40,000 bases of DNA from Mycobacteriales bacterium (GTDB lineage: Bacteria > Actinomycetota > Actinomycetes > BP-191): NCBI GenBank assembly GCA_035536955.1, contig DATLNF010000009.1, positions 1-40,000 on the forward strand, given 5' to 3'. The position numbers and the translations under genes were made by a program. How positions within the stretch are numbered: position 1 is the first letter of the stretch; every line of letters starts with the position of its first letter. The notes below the pieces were generated by a model that ran no database searches, was not told the DNA's origin, and saw nothing but the letters and a program-made list of their open reading frames with translations. Shown one piece after another: positions 16,795 through 24,372 of this stretch.

Positions 16795-16830
16795 GGGTGC
16801 TTGCAATAGTAAGCAACACCGCAAGCACCC
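16795..16830. promoter_or_regulatory. 10-bp perfect inverted repeat with AT-rich spacer (terminator of marP and/or operator of the downstream gene)
   Basis: GGGTGCTTGC (16795-16804), a 16-nt spacer AATAGTAAGCAACACC, then GCAAGCACCC (16821-16830). It sits in the 80-bp gap between the marP stop (16854) and the start at 16773. Confidence 0.4.
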
Positions 16831-16853
16831 GCAACCTTCCCGGACCGTGCCAC

Positions 16854-18029
16854 TCAGTCGCAGTCCTGCGTGTCGACCCGATCCGTGCGGGCGGCGCCGG
16901 TGCGAGCGGCACCCGCGACCTCGTCTGCGGTGAGCGCGTAGCCGGTGTCCGCGTCGTTCGCATCCGCCGCGAAGATGACGCCGTACACCCGCCCGTCGGG
17001 CGCCAGCAGCGGCCCGCCGGAGTTGCCGGGGCGCACCACCGCGCGCAGGGAGTACACCTCGCGACGCACGGTCGAGCGCTCGTAGATGTCCCGCCCGACC
17101 GCGGTGATCTCCTCACGGATCCGGGCGGCGACCGCGGTGAACGGCCCGTCCTCCGGATAGCCGACGACCGCCGCATCGGCCCCGCTGCGCGCTTCGGCCT
17201 GGAACGCGAGCGGCGTGAGCCCGAGGTCGGGCACGTAGAGCACCGCGACGTCCCGGGCGGGGTCGAAGACGACGACGCGTGCGCGCTTGCGCTTGCCGTC
17301 GGCGAGCTGGACCTCAGGGTCCTTGACCCCTGCCACGACGTGCGCGTTGGTCATCACCCGGTTCGCCGCGTAGACGAAGCCGGTGCCCTCGAGCCGGCGC
17401 GAGCAGGAGCGGGCGACCCCGAGCACCTTGAGGACCCTGGTGCGGGTGCTCCGGACGGCCGGGGAGTTGAGCACCGCCGGATCCGGGGGCGCGATCGGCG
17501 CGGTCGACTTCGGGTTGAACCCGGCGAACACCTGGGGGAACCCGCGCTGGTCGAGCAGCTGCCGGAAGTTGGCGAACACCGCGGGTGCGGGCGGCAGCAC
17601 CCCGTCGACGGCGCGCAGCACCTGCGAGTCGCGGACGTGCTGGGACAGGACGGTGTACGCCGAGTCCTTCGCCGCGGTGGCGAGCAGCCACGCGACGAGC
17701 AGCACCCCGACGGCGGACACCGCGGCTCCGCCGGCCGAGTCGACGAGTCGCGCCGGCCGCCAGACGACCCGACGGCGCAGCGCCGAGCCGATGGTCGTCC
17801 CGAGCAGCTGGCCGATGCTGGCGAGCACGAGGACGGTCGCGATGCCGACGACGCTGCGCGCGCCGCCGCTGGCTACGCGCTCGGCGAAGGTCGGCGCCAC
17901 GAACGTCCCGGCGACACCGCCGCCGAGGAACCCCCCGAAGGAGAGGACGCCGACGACGAAGCCCTGCTTGTAGCCGGAGTAGGCGAAGACGGCCACGGCG
18001 ACGAGGAGGAGCAGGTCGAGCAGGCTCAC
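16854..18029 (-). CDS. marP: MarP-family membrane serine protease (CvpA-like TM domain + trypsin-like domain, Rv3671c-like)
   Basis: GTG at 18029 overlaps the upstream stop (GTGA). It has N-terminal TM helices and the catalytic triad contexts TNAHVVAG, DVAVLYV and GNSGGPL. Confidence 0.9.
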   Translation of the reverse strand: MSLLDLLLLVAVAVFAYSGYKQGFVVGVLSFGGFLGGGVAGTFVAPTFAERVASGGARSVVGIATVLVLASIGQLLGTTIGSALRRRVVWRPARLVDSAGGAAVSAVGVLLVAWLLATAAKDSAYTVLSQHVRDSQVLRAVDGVLPPAPAVFANFRQLLDQRGFPQVFAGFNPKSTAPIAPPDPAVLNSPAVRSTRTRVLKVLGVARSCSRRLEGTGFVYAANRVMTNAHVVAGVKDPEVQLADGKRKRARVVVFDPARDVAVLYVPDLGLTPLAFQAEARSGADAAVVGYPEDGPFTAVAARIREEITAVGRDIYERSTVRREVYSLRAVVRPGNSGGPLLAPDGRVYGVIFAADANDADTGYALTADEVAGAARTGAARTDRVDTQDCD

Positions 18030-19540
18030 GTCCACCGGCTCGACTCTAGTGCGCGCTCCGCGGGCCGCTGCGCGCCGCGTGGCGGCGGCGGCCGCCACAC
18101 GGTCGTGACCGCCGTCGACACCGCGAGACCCCACACCGCGCCGAGAGCGATGCCGCCCAGGACGTCCGAGAGGTACACCTGGCCGAGGAAGAGCACGGCG
18201 AGCCCGCCGAGCAGCACGACGCCGATCAGCAGCGTGGCGACGGCGACCTTGCGCGGCCAGCGCGGGATGCGCGGCAGCACGACCGTCGCGAAGGCCACGA
18301 CGAACGCGGCGAGCACGGTCATCCGCCCGGACGGGAACGTCGACATGTCCGACCCGTCCAGCGACGGGATGTCGCGCGAGCGCTCCACGACGGCCTGCAC
18401 CGCCTGCGCGAGTGCCACCGCGCCGCCGATCGCGAGCAGGAGCAGGACGAGCGCGCGCGGTCGGCGGTCCGCGACCCATGCCGCGACCCCGACGACGATC
18501 GAGAACGGCAGCAGGACGTCGGTCGAGAGCACGTCGCGGACGCGCCGCGTCACCTGCACGAGGTCGTCGGTCCGGCTGTCGGCGAGTGCGCGCCGCACCG
18601 GCTCGTCGACGTCGACCAGCCCGCCGGTGCCGAGTGACTCGCCGACCACCACGGCGAGCACGCCGCCCAGCAGGGCGAGCCCGAGCAGTGCGATCGTGAG
18701 CTGCAGCCCGGCCGCCGTCCCGGGCCGGAACCGGCGCGCCAGGAAGTCGAGCGGGCGGCGGTACCGCGCCCGCGCGGCCGCGACCCGCGGACGGGCGAGC
18801 TGGCGCCCCCACCACGCCCGCACCACGTCCTGGCGGGCGGCGACCTGTCGCGCTCCCAGCACGAGCAGGACGACGAGGCCGATCGTCACGGCGAGCAGGG
18901 TGGACGCGCGCCCGACGTACCCCTCGACCGTCTCCCACGAGTTGCCGCCGACGTAGCCCAGCAGCGTGAACCCGGTTCCCCATGCGGTCGCCCCGATGAC
19001 GCTGGCGACGACGAACCGGCCGTACGCCATCCCCGAGGCGCCGGCCGCGAACGGCATGATCGCCCGCAGCACGCCGACGAACCGGCCGAGGATGATCGCC
19101 TTGATTCCGCCGGCCCGGATCCGCGCCATCGTCGCCTCGACCCGGGCGCGGCCCATCAGCGACCCCAGCCGGCTGTCGAGGAAGCGCGTCCCCAGCCGGC
19201 GCCCCAGGTAGAACCCCAGCGAGTCGCCGATGATCGCGCCGGACACCGCGCACGCCGCCATGACGGCGACCGGCACCTTGCCCTCGAAGGCGGCGACCCC
19301 GCCCAGGATCACGGCCAGCTCACCGGGTACGGCGAGGCCGGCGAACGCCGCCGTCTCGAACAGCGCGAGCAGGCCGACGACGACGGCGAACACCGGCCCG
19401 GGCAGTCGCGACAGCCGCTCGAGGAAGTGCTTCACGCCCCGCGCCAGGTCGCCGCCGAACGACACCGCGGCGACCACGACGGCGAGCACCACGACGAGGA
19501 CGACGAGCCGCCGGGCCGTCAGCGATCCGGGAAGGCGCAC
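18026..19540 (-). CDS. DedA/VTT-family membrane protein fused to a PAP2-like domain with degenerate catalytic motifs
   Basis: GTG at 19540 is the first in-frame start after the nudix stop. The DedA core reads GLAVPGELAVILGG...IIGDSLGFYLGRRLG. The C-terminal PAP2-like region has FPSGR instead of PSGH, and GQVYLSDVLGG instead of SRxxxxxHxxxD. Confidence 0.8.
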   Translation of the reverse strand: MRLPGSLTARRLVVLVVVLAVVVAAVSFGGDLARGVKHFLERLSRLPGPVFAVVVGLLALFETAAFAGLAVPGELAVILGGVAAFEGKVPVAVMAACAVSGAIIGDSLGFYLGRRLGTRFLDSRLGSLMGRARVEATMARIRAGGIKAIILGRFVGVLRAIMPFAAGASGMAYGRFVVASVIGATAWGTGFTLLGYVGGNSWETVEGYVGRASTLLAVTIGLVVLLVLGARQVAARQDVVRAWWGRQLARPRVAAARARYRRPLDFLARRFRPGTAAGLQLTIALLGLALLGGVLAVVVGESLGTGGLVDVDEPVRRALADSRTDDLVQVTRRVRDVLSTDVLLPFSIVVGVAAWVADRRPRALVLLLLAIGGAVALAQAVQAVVERSRDIPSLDGSDMSTFPSGRMTVLAAFVVAFATVVLPRIPRWPRKVAVATLLIGVVLLGGLAVLFLGQVYLSDVLGGIALGAVWGLAVSTAVTTVWRPPPPRGAQRPAERALESSRWT

Positions 19541-19595
19541 TAGCCGGCGAGCTCTCGGACGAGGCTCGCCGCCGCGGCGGCGCGGGCGTCGACGG

Positions 19596-20294
19596 TCATG
19601 CTGGCGGTCCTCCGAGGTCCGGCGCGGTCGCCGGATCGTACGGCCCGCCGCCGCTGTGGTTGAGGTCACTGGGCCGGTCGAGCAGCTCGCCCGGACGCCA
19701 TGGCCGCTCCCATCCGCCGAGTCGCAGCAGGAAGTCGACCAGTCCGGCGGTGAAGCCCCAGACCAGCAGACCGCCGACCCGGAAGCCGGGACCGGTGTAG
19801 TCCCCAAGGAGCCGCACCCGGCATCGGTTGGCCGGGTCGGCCAGGTCGGCGAGCGGCACCCGGACGACGCCGGCGACCTCCGCCGGATCGACGGCCGAGA
19901 CGGCGCTCGGCTGCCGCCACCAGCCGAGCACCGTCGTGACGACGAATCCGCTCGGCGGGAGGAACAGCGGCGGCAGCGCCCCGAAGACGTCGACGCCGGA
20001 CGGCTCCAGCCCGACCTCCTCCCGCGCCTCGCGAAGCGCGGCGGCCACCGGCGTGGAGTCCTCCGCGTCGACGCTGCCGCCCGGGAACGCCGGCTGACCG
20101 GCGTGCGAGCGCATCGTGTGCGCGCGCTCGATGAACAGCAGGTCCGGACCACCCGGCCCTTCCCCGAACAGCGCGAGGACCGCGCCCTCGCGTGCCCCGT
20201 CGACCGGCGGCCGGAACCGGCTGATGTCCTCAGACCGCACACCCGGGAGCGCGTCAGCCAGCGGCGTCAGCCAGTCGGGCAGCCGGTCGATCAC
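19596..20294 (-). CDS. NUDIX hydrolase, CoA pyrophosphatase type (Rv3672c-like)
   Basis: The Nudix box is GGSVDAEDSTPVAAALREAREEVGL. The upstream NuCoA-type motif is LLFIERAHTMRSHAGQPAFPGG. The GTG start overlaps the tlpA-like stop (GTGA). Confidence 0.9.
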   Translation of the reverse strand: MIDRLPDWLTPLADALPGVRSEDISRFRPPVDGAREGAVLALFGEGPGGPDLLFIERAHTMRSHAGQPAFPGGSVDAEDSTPVAAALREAREEVGLEPSGVDVFGALPPLFLPPSGFVVTTVLGWWRQPSAVSAVDPAEVAGVVRVPLADLADPANRCRVRLLGDYTGPGFRVGGLLVWGFTAGLVDFLLRLGGWERPWRPGELLDRPSDLNHSGGGPYDPATAPDLGGPPA

Positions 20295-20923
20295 CGGAGG
20301 GGAGCGACCTCGACGCCGAGGAGCTCCTCGATCTTCGCGCGGAGCTCCGCGGCGGTGAGCTCACCGACCTCACGGCGGACGACGCGGCCGTCGCCGTCGA
20401 CGAAGATCGTCACGGGCGGCCCGGGCACGCCGACGGCGCTCAGCAGGGTCCGCCCCTCAGCGCGCACGCTGGGATACGCGATCCCGGTGTCCTGGATCGT
20501 GCGCCGGGCGGCGTTCTCGCTGGCGTCGTTGACGTTGATGCCGAGGAACCGCACGCGGCCCTCGGCGACGGCGTACACCTCCTGCAGCGCCGGCATCTCC
20601 TTGCGGCACGGCAGGCACCAGCTCGCCCACAGGTTGACGACCGACGGCAGCCCGCCGAGGCGGCGCAACGGCACGGTCCGGGACGACCCGATGCACGGCA
20701 GGCGGACGTCCGGCAGCCCGGCGCGACCCAGCCCGGCGGCCTGATCGGCCGTGAGCAGCTCGTCCTCCGCGGGGCAGTCGTCCGTGGCGATCGGCGGGAG
20801 GGCGCCGCGGGTCGGCTCGACGTCGTCCGGCCGAGGTGCGTCGTCGGAGCAGGCGGCCAGCACCAGCGCCGCGACCATGGTCACGACAAGGCCCACGGAG
20901 CGCGACCGTCCGGGGCGGGTCAC
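20291..20923 (-). CDS. TlpA/ResA-like thioredoxin-fold lipoprotein (Rv3673c-like)
   Basis: GTG at 20923 overlaps the nth TGA (GTGA), with GGGAG 5 nt upstream. The lipobox is LVLAAC and the redox motif is WASWCLPC. Confidence 0.85.
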   Translation of the reverse strand: MTRPGRSRSVGLVVTMVAALVLAACSDDAPRPDDVEPTRGALPPIATDDCPAEDELLTADQAAGLGRAGLPDVRLPCIGSSRTVPLRRLGGLPSVVNLWASWCLPCRKEMPALQEVYAVAEGRVRFLGINVNDASENAARRTIQDTGIAYPSVRAEGRTLLSAVGVPGPPVTIFVDGDGRVVRREVGELTAAELRAKIEELLGVEVAPLR

Positions 20924-21603
20924 GACGCTCCCGCCGCAGCGCCCGCGGAGGGGCACCGCCGGGCGACGGGGCATTCGCCGCAGGCGGGCCGGCGGGCGAA
21001 GCAGCAGCGGCGGCCGTGCCAGATCAGCCGGTGCGACAGGATCGTCCACTCCGCCTTGGGGATGAGGTCCATGACCGCGAACTCGACCTTCACCGGGTCG
21101 GTCTCGGCGGTCCAGCCGAGCCGTCGGGCCAGCCGGCCGAAGTGCGTGTCGACGGTGAGGCCCGGCACACCGAACGCGTTGCCCAGGATCACGTTCGCGG
21201 TCTTGCGGCCGATGCCGGGCAGGGTGACGAGATCCTCGAGCCGGTCGGGTACGACGCCGCCGTACCGGTCGCACAGCGCCTGACCGAGCCCGATGAGCGA
21301 GGTCGTCTTCGCCCGGAAGAAGCCGGTCGACTTGATCATCACCTCCATCTGCGCGCGATCGGCCCCGGCGTAGTCGGCGGCCGTCCGGTATGTCGCGAAG
21401 AGCCGGGGGGTGACCTCGTTGACCTTCTTATCGGTGCACTGCGCGCTGAGGACGGTCGCGACGGCGAGCTCCAGCGGGTTGGTGAACGTGAGCTCGCAGC
21501 GCGCGTCCGGGTAGGTCGCCGCGAGGGTGCGGTTGACCGCTCGGGCGCGGCGGACCAGCGCCGTGCGGGTCCCGGCCGGCGCGACCGGACGGGTCGAGTC
21601 CAT
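20920..21603 (-). CDS. nth: Endonuclease III
   Basis: It has the HhH motif [13 protein letters not shown], the catalytic region TVDTHFGR and the 4Fe-4S cluster motif C-x6-C-x2-C-x5-C. Start chosen at ATG 21603 (ORF track start is 21666). Confidence 0.93.
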   Translation of the reverse strand: MDSTRPVAPAGTRTALVRRARAVNRTLAATYPDARCELTFTNPLELAVATVLSAQCTDKKVNEVTPRLFATYRTAADYAGADRAQMEVMIKSTGFFRAKTTSLIGLGQALCDRYGGVVPDRLEDLVTLPGIGRKTANVILGNAFGVPGLTVDTHFGRLARRLGWTAETDPVKVEFAVMDLIPKAEWTILSHRLIWHGRRCCFARRPACGECPVARRCPSAGAAAGAS

Positions 21604-21731
21604 GTCGGCCAGCGTACGACGACGCGACCGCGCGACCACGCTCACCCGGTTGGCCCACTCAAGCATCGGCGGCGCCGTGACGATGCCGGAGTGTCGGTAG
21701 CTGGCAGGTAGCAGGAAGTTCGAGGTGGGGC

Positions 21732-22253
21732 GTGACCACGCAGAGCGTGACGGCCCGCCCTCCGGCCCCGGTCCGCAGCTCGGAGTTCGAGCACCTCTCG
21801 CTCGACGCCCTGCGCGACTACCGGCGCGCCCTCGGGCAGGAGGAGAGCCGCGTCTCCTACTGGCGGCGGATCCTGCAGGCGCGGCTGGACACCGTGCGCG
21901 CCGACGGAGCCATCGGCGACGTCGAGTACCTCCGACCCATGCTGACCGAGGAGCGGGTCGCCGGCGGCCGCACCGCGCTCATCGAGATCGTCCCGGTCGA
22001 CGACATCCCGCCGCTGCCGAACCTCGCCGAGCTCTGGGACCGCACGGCGGACTCCAGCAGCGACGAGGTCGCTCGGCAGACCCTGATCGGCGAGCTCGCG
22101 CAGGCCGAGACCCAGCTGTCGGCGTACCGCGCCGCCCTGCACCGGCGACTCGGCTCGGCGACCGGTGAGCTCATCGCCCGCTACCGCGAGAACCCCGCGC
22201 TGTGCCTCAGCGCCCTGCCGCTGCCCGCGCCGCGCGTGGCCGCCGGCTCCTGA
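21732..22253 (+). CDS. RsiG-like protein (candidate c-di-GMP-binding anti-sigma factor family)
   Basis: GTG start after GAGGTGGGG. There is an exact E-x3-S-x2-R-x3-Q-x3-D motif ([16 protein letters not shown], nt 21843-21890). A second helix, [16 protein letters not shown] (nt 22107-22154), has Q replaced by H and D replaced by G. Confidence 0.5.
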   Translation: MTTQSVTARPPAPVRSSEFEHLSLDALRDYRRALGQEESRVSYWRRILQARLDTVRADGAIGDVEYLRPMLTEERVAGGRTALIEIVPVDDIPPLPNLAELWDRTADSSSDEVARQTLIGELAQAETQLSAYRAALHRRLGSATGELIARYRENPALCLSALPLPAPRVAAGS

Positions 22254-22260
22254 CTCCGGC

Positions 22261-23307
22261 TCAGTCGCCGACCTCGAGCACGACCTTCATCGCCGCCTTG
22301 CTCTCGAAGAGGCGATAGCCCTCGGCCGCGTCGTCAAGCGGAAGCCGGTGGGACACGACGACCGTCGGATCCACCTGGCCGGCGAGGACCGCGGCGAGCG
22401 CACGGTCCCACCACGCCTGCACGTTGCATGACCCGCCGAACCGCAGCGTGATCGCCCGGCTGAACAGGTTGCCCAGCGGCAGCGGGTGCTCGAAGTCGGT
22501 GTGGACGCCGATGACGCTGACCATGCCGCCCGGCCGGACGCAGTCGATCGCGGTGATCAGCGCCGCCGGGAGTCCCACGGTCTCGATGACCACGTCGGCC
22601 TGCTCGCCGAGGATCTCCTCGACGGCGACCGGGCCCGACCGCTCCGCGATGTTGACCGGCGTCGCGCCGAGCGACGCGGCAAGCTCGAGCCGGGACGGCA
22701 CCAGGTCGAGGGCCAGCACGCGCTCGGCCCCGGCCGCCCGCGCGGCGAGCTGGGCGAAGATCCCGACCGGTCCCGACCCGACCACGACGACGGTGTCGCC
22801 GGGACCGACCTCGGCGATGCCGGCGGCGTACCAGCCCGTCGTGAGCACGTCACCGACGAACATCGCCTGCTCGGCCGAGACGCCGCCCGGTACGTGCAGC
22901 AGGTTGACGTCCGCGTGCGGGACCCGGACCAGCTCGGCCTGGGCCCCGGCGAGGTCCCCGAGGAACACGCCGTAGCCGAGGACGCCGAGGTCCGCGCAGT
23001 GGTTGAACCGCGCAGCACTGCAGGCCGTGCACTGGCCGCACGCGATCTGGAACGCGCCGACCACGTCGTCGCCCACCGCGAACCGGGTGACGGCCGCACC
23101 GGCGGCGACGACCGTGCCGACGTACTCGTGCCCGACCACTGCGCCCTCGAACACGCCCGGCACCCGGCCGTTGTAGAAGTGCAGGTCGGAGCCGCAGATC
23201 GCCGCCTTGCGAACGCGTACGACGACGTCGTCGGGCTGCTCGAGGTCGGGCTCGGCGACGTCTTCCACGCGGACGTCGTGGGCACCGCGGTAGACGACCG
23301 CGCGCAT
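22261..23307 (-). CDS. Zinc-dependent alcohol dehydrogenase (MDR family)
   Basis: It has the catalytic-zinc motifs CGSDLH and GHEYVG, the structural-zinc Cys cluster CGQCTACSAARFNHC and the Rossmann motif GSGPVG. Confidence 0.9.
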   Translation of the reverse strand: MRAVVYRGAHDVRVEDVAEPDLEQPDDVVVRVRKAAICGSDLHFYNGRVPGVFEGAVVGHEYVGTVVAAGAAVTRFAVGDDVVGAFQIACGQCTACSAARFNHCADLGVLGYGVFLGDLAGAQAELVRVPHADVNLLHVPGGVSAEQAMFVGDVLTTGWYAAGIAEVGPGDTVVVVGSGPVGIFAQLAARAAGAERVLALDLVPSRLELAASLGATPVNIAERSGPVAVEEILGEQADVVIETVGLPAALITAIDCVRPGGMVSVIGVHTDFEHPLPLGNLFSRAITLRFGGSCNVQAWWDRALAAVLAGQVDPTVVVSHRLPLDDAAEGYRLFESKAAMKVVLEVGD

Positions 23308-23375
23308 GGCATCAGCTCCCCCGTCTTCGCGACCCTAGTGCGCTTGACCGCAGCCGGGACGGGTACAGCGCTGGT

Positions 23376-23615
23376 GTGCTGACCGACGCCCTGCTCCCCC
23401 TCGTGGTGCTCGCGTTCCCGCTCGCGCTGATGGGTGCCCTGCTGCTGATGGAGTGGGTCGAGCGTCCCCTGCGGGTGGACGAGGTCGGGCTGCAGCTCGA
23501 GTCGTTCCTCACCAACGCCCGCCCGGAGGAGCTCGAGACCTTCGTGAGCGAGGGCTACGCACCGGCCCTCGACCGCTACTGGCGCCGCCGCCGGACTCCG
23601 GCCCCGTCGGGCTGA
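23376..23615 (+). CDS. Small membrane protein upstream of crp
   Basis: GTG start, high GC3, and one TM helix (LLPLVVLAFPLALMGALLLM). It occupies the position of the small membrane protein preceding crp in mycobacteria. Confidence 0.55.
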   Translation: MLTDALLPLVVLAFPLALMGALLLMEWVERPLRVDEVGLQLESFLTNARPEELETFVSEGYAPALDRYWRRRRTPAPSG

Positions 23616-23687
23616 GGACCGCCCCCTACGATTCGCTCGGACACGCGTGCCGAGGTCGCGCGTGCCGTCGTGGCACGAAGGGGCGGC

Positions 23688-24362
23688 GTGGACACCATCC
23701 TCAGGTCGGTACCGCTGTTCGCCGGTCTCGGCGACGGCGACTGGGCCGCGCTGTCGGCCCGGCTGGCGACCGTCCGGGTGCGCCGGGGTGACGCCGTGTT
23801 CCACGAGGGCGACGCCGGCGACTGCCTGTTCGTCGTGCTGGAGGGCAAGGCGAAGATCAGCCGGACGGCCCAGGACGGGCGGGAGAACCTCCTGGCGGTC
23901 CTCGGCCCCGGCGACCTGCTCGGCGAGCTCTCGCTGTTCGACTCCCTCGACCGCACGGCGACCGCCGCGGCCATCACCGACCTGACGCTGAGCCGCCTCG
24001 GCGAGCGCGACTTCCACTCCTACCTCGACGACCGGCCGGCCGTCGCCAGAGCTCTCCTGCGCGTGCTCGCCCGCCGCCTGCGCGACACCAACGCCGCGAT
24101 GGCCGACCTCGTGTTCACGGACGTCCCGGGTCGGGTCGCCAAGGCGCTGCTCGGCCTCGCCGACCGGTTCGGCACGGCGACCGCCGACGGCTGCCTCGTG
24201 CAGCACGACCTGACGCAGGAGGAGCTGGCCCAGCTGGTAGGGGCATCGCGCGAGACGGTGAACAAGGCGCTGAGCGACTTCGCCAACCGGGGATGGCTGC
24301 GTCTGGACGGCCGTTCGGTCGTGCTGCTCGACGCCACGCGACTCGAGCGGCGCGCGCGGTAG
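23688..24362 (+). CDS. crp: cAMP receptor protein, Crp/Fnr family (Rv3676/GlxR-like)
   Basis: The cNMP-binding region reads GELSLFD...RTATAAA and the HTH reads RETVNKALSDFANRGW. Start chosen at GTG 23688, with GAAGGGG 5 nt upstream (track start is 23670). Confidence 0.95.
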   Translation: MDTILRSVPLFAGLGDGDWAALSARLATVRVRRGDAVFHEGDAGDCLFVVLEGKAKISRTAQDGRENLLAVLGPGDLLGELSLFDSLDRTATAAAITDLTLSRLGERDFHSYLDDRPAVARALLRVLARRLRDTNAAMADLVFTDVPGRVAKALLGLADRFGTATADGCLVQHDLTQEELAQLVGASRETVNKALSDFANRGWLRLDGRSVVLLDATRLERRAR

Positions 24363-24372
24363 CCCCCGACAG

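Noticed and set aside
16854-20242. Track ORFs 16854..19253 (799 aa) and 18026..20242 (738 aa) taken as single giant proteins
   Set aside because: Only the C-terminal parts are protein-like (MarP, and DedA-PAP2). The N-terminal extensions are Arg-rich and overlap upstream genes. Start codons at GTGA/TAGTG junctions give sizes consistent with the families.
23328-23341. 14-nt sequence CGCGACCCTAGTGC shared with 39157-39170, both in divergent promoter regions (reverse complement contains a TAGGGT -10-like hexamer)
   Set aside because: A single 14-mer match in 40 kb of strongly biased sequence on both strands is within chance expectation. It is a plausible -10 context for the adh and yqeY genes, but it is not supportable as a specific shared regulatory motif.
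23645-23677. Possible Crp autoregulatory site upstream of crp: inverted repeat CGTGCC-N5-GGCACG (23661-23677) and direct repeat GCGTGCCG (23645 and 23660)
   Set aside because: The half-sites and spacing do not fit the TGTGA-N6-TCACA CRP consensus (this is GTG-N9-CAC). It could be any operator or an mRNA 5' hairpin, and there is not enough evidence to call it.
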